Source of the DNA: Balanoglossus misakiensis
Taxonomy: Eukaryota > Animalia > Hemichordata
DNA: 64,000 bases
Direction: 5' to 3'
Assembly (NCBI GenBank): GCA_040954595.2
Contig: CM082581.2
Location: 3,092,699-3,156,698 of the forward strand
Numbering within the stretch: the stretch's first letter is position 1; each line of letters begins with the position of its first letter. Under the pieces are notes generated by a model. The model was not told where the DNA came from. It saw nothing but the letters and a program-made list of their open reading frames with translations, and did no database searches. Of this stretch, positions 62,958 to 64,000 are shown one piece after another. Position numbers and translations under genes: made by a program.

Positions 62958-64000
62958 ATGGCTGTCAGTGAAATCCTCGGTGGGCTGTTAAGCTTCTTGA
63001 AAGATAATAATCGTTCAGTGTTGAACATCGTCATTATTGGATCAGTCGTCGCTACGAACGCACTGTTGAAATTGGTTGTGCCACAATGTCACTGTGATTA
63101 CAAAATATCCTACGCTGTGTTTTATTTTACATGTCCAGCATTTTTCTTGTTCTCTTTGGGTAAGTATACATGTATATATATAGTGAGGCCCATATCCTCT
63201 TTTAAACAGATATGTGTATGTGTAACTATGTATAAATATGTGCAAACATGCCTCTCGGTTAACTGGGCGGGAGGGGGTCTATATTCGTTACGATGGAAGG
63301 TTTTAGTAATGAAGCCTCCAGTTATCTACAACCTATACTTTTCAATTTTGAGTGCAAACTTATTGTCTGTTTCTTTTCCAAGGAATCGTTCTGCAATCGG
63401 AAACCCTTCATTACATAGCCGGAGCTCGTCGGTTCAAGAAAAAACTCCATTGCTTAGGTATACTGACGATCACACAGCGAGCTATAGTGGCTCCCTTTGT
63501 CTGGATTTTCATTGGTCTCATCGATGGCACGTGAGTATTTGTTGACTGTAAATTCAACATTTAAGAATTTTGAACATTTTCAGTTTCTGTTGTATCAGTC
63601 CTGGAAATCATAATAAGACAACTTTTCGTAAGCCTCCGAATGATATCATGTTTCATATGTGGACTGGAGGCGTGGATTCATTGCACAAGGCCTGCTGGGT
63701 ATTTCACCTTGCTTGGTTGATACAAAACCATTGACGCAAAGTTTTAGTGGACGTAGCTTGAAATTTGTAACCCCATGATTATGAAGGGAGATGATGAAAC
63801 TTTTCAAAAACTGTCATCACCCAATTTTCCTGTCTCGATTCAGCTGGATGTCGTGCGCTCTTGGCGACTGCGTGGACGGTGCGGTGGTGACGTTAGGTTC
63901 GGACAAGTCGCTTTCGCAGATGATTGGCCTAGCCATGCTCGTCATAGCAACAGCCATTGCGTTGGCGCTGCACTGCAAAGGCATCTTCGTCGATAAGAAC
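62958..64000 (+). CDS. CALHM-family (calcium homeostasis modulator-like) channel, spliced, runs off window
   Basis: Exons 62958-63159, 63383-63530 and 63844->64000, GT-AG and in phase. Four hydrophobic segments with QCHC..YAVFYFTCPAFFLFSLG, AIVAPFVWIFIGLIDGTWMSCA and LSQMIG matching CALHM motifs. Confidence 0.82.

Noticed and set aside
62583-63545. 320-aa single ORF
   Set aside because: It reads through upstream sequence and an intron; only 62958-63159 is a coding exon in this frame.

Overview
Eukaryotic (animal, probably marine invertebrate; inferred from spliceosomal introns and TE repertoire) heterochromatin-edge window. Positions 1-32490 are the end of a homogeneous 130-bp satellite array with higher-order repeats. 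Two DNA transposons interrupt it at nearly the same position of the monomer. One is a 3.4-kb non-autonomous CACTA/EnSpm element (280-3642). The other is a 9.6-kb Sola2-type element (22550-32161; 23-bp GAG- TIRs, AAGA TSD). The Sola2 element encodes a spliced DDD transposase that reconstructs to an uninterrupted ~933-aa protein once two precisely nested insertions are removed: a P-like TIR element and a solo-LTR-like piece. It also carries an intact F-box/LRR cargo ORF ending 11 nt before the first transposase ATG, which is the most interesting feature here. Positions 32.5-62 kb are a TE graveyard: Kolobok-like TTAA elements, Helentron-like elements with internal ~240-bp repeats, YqaJ/KDZ and EnSpm relics, an RTEX-like fragment, a near full-length CR1/L2-group LINE, a BEN-domain pseudogene and Crypton-like palindromic elements. 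The window ends in a spliced CALHM-family host gene. All family assignments come from motif recognition by eye, not from database searches.
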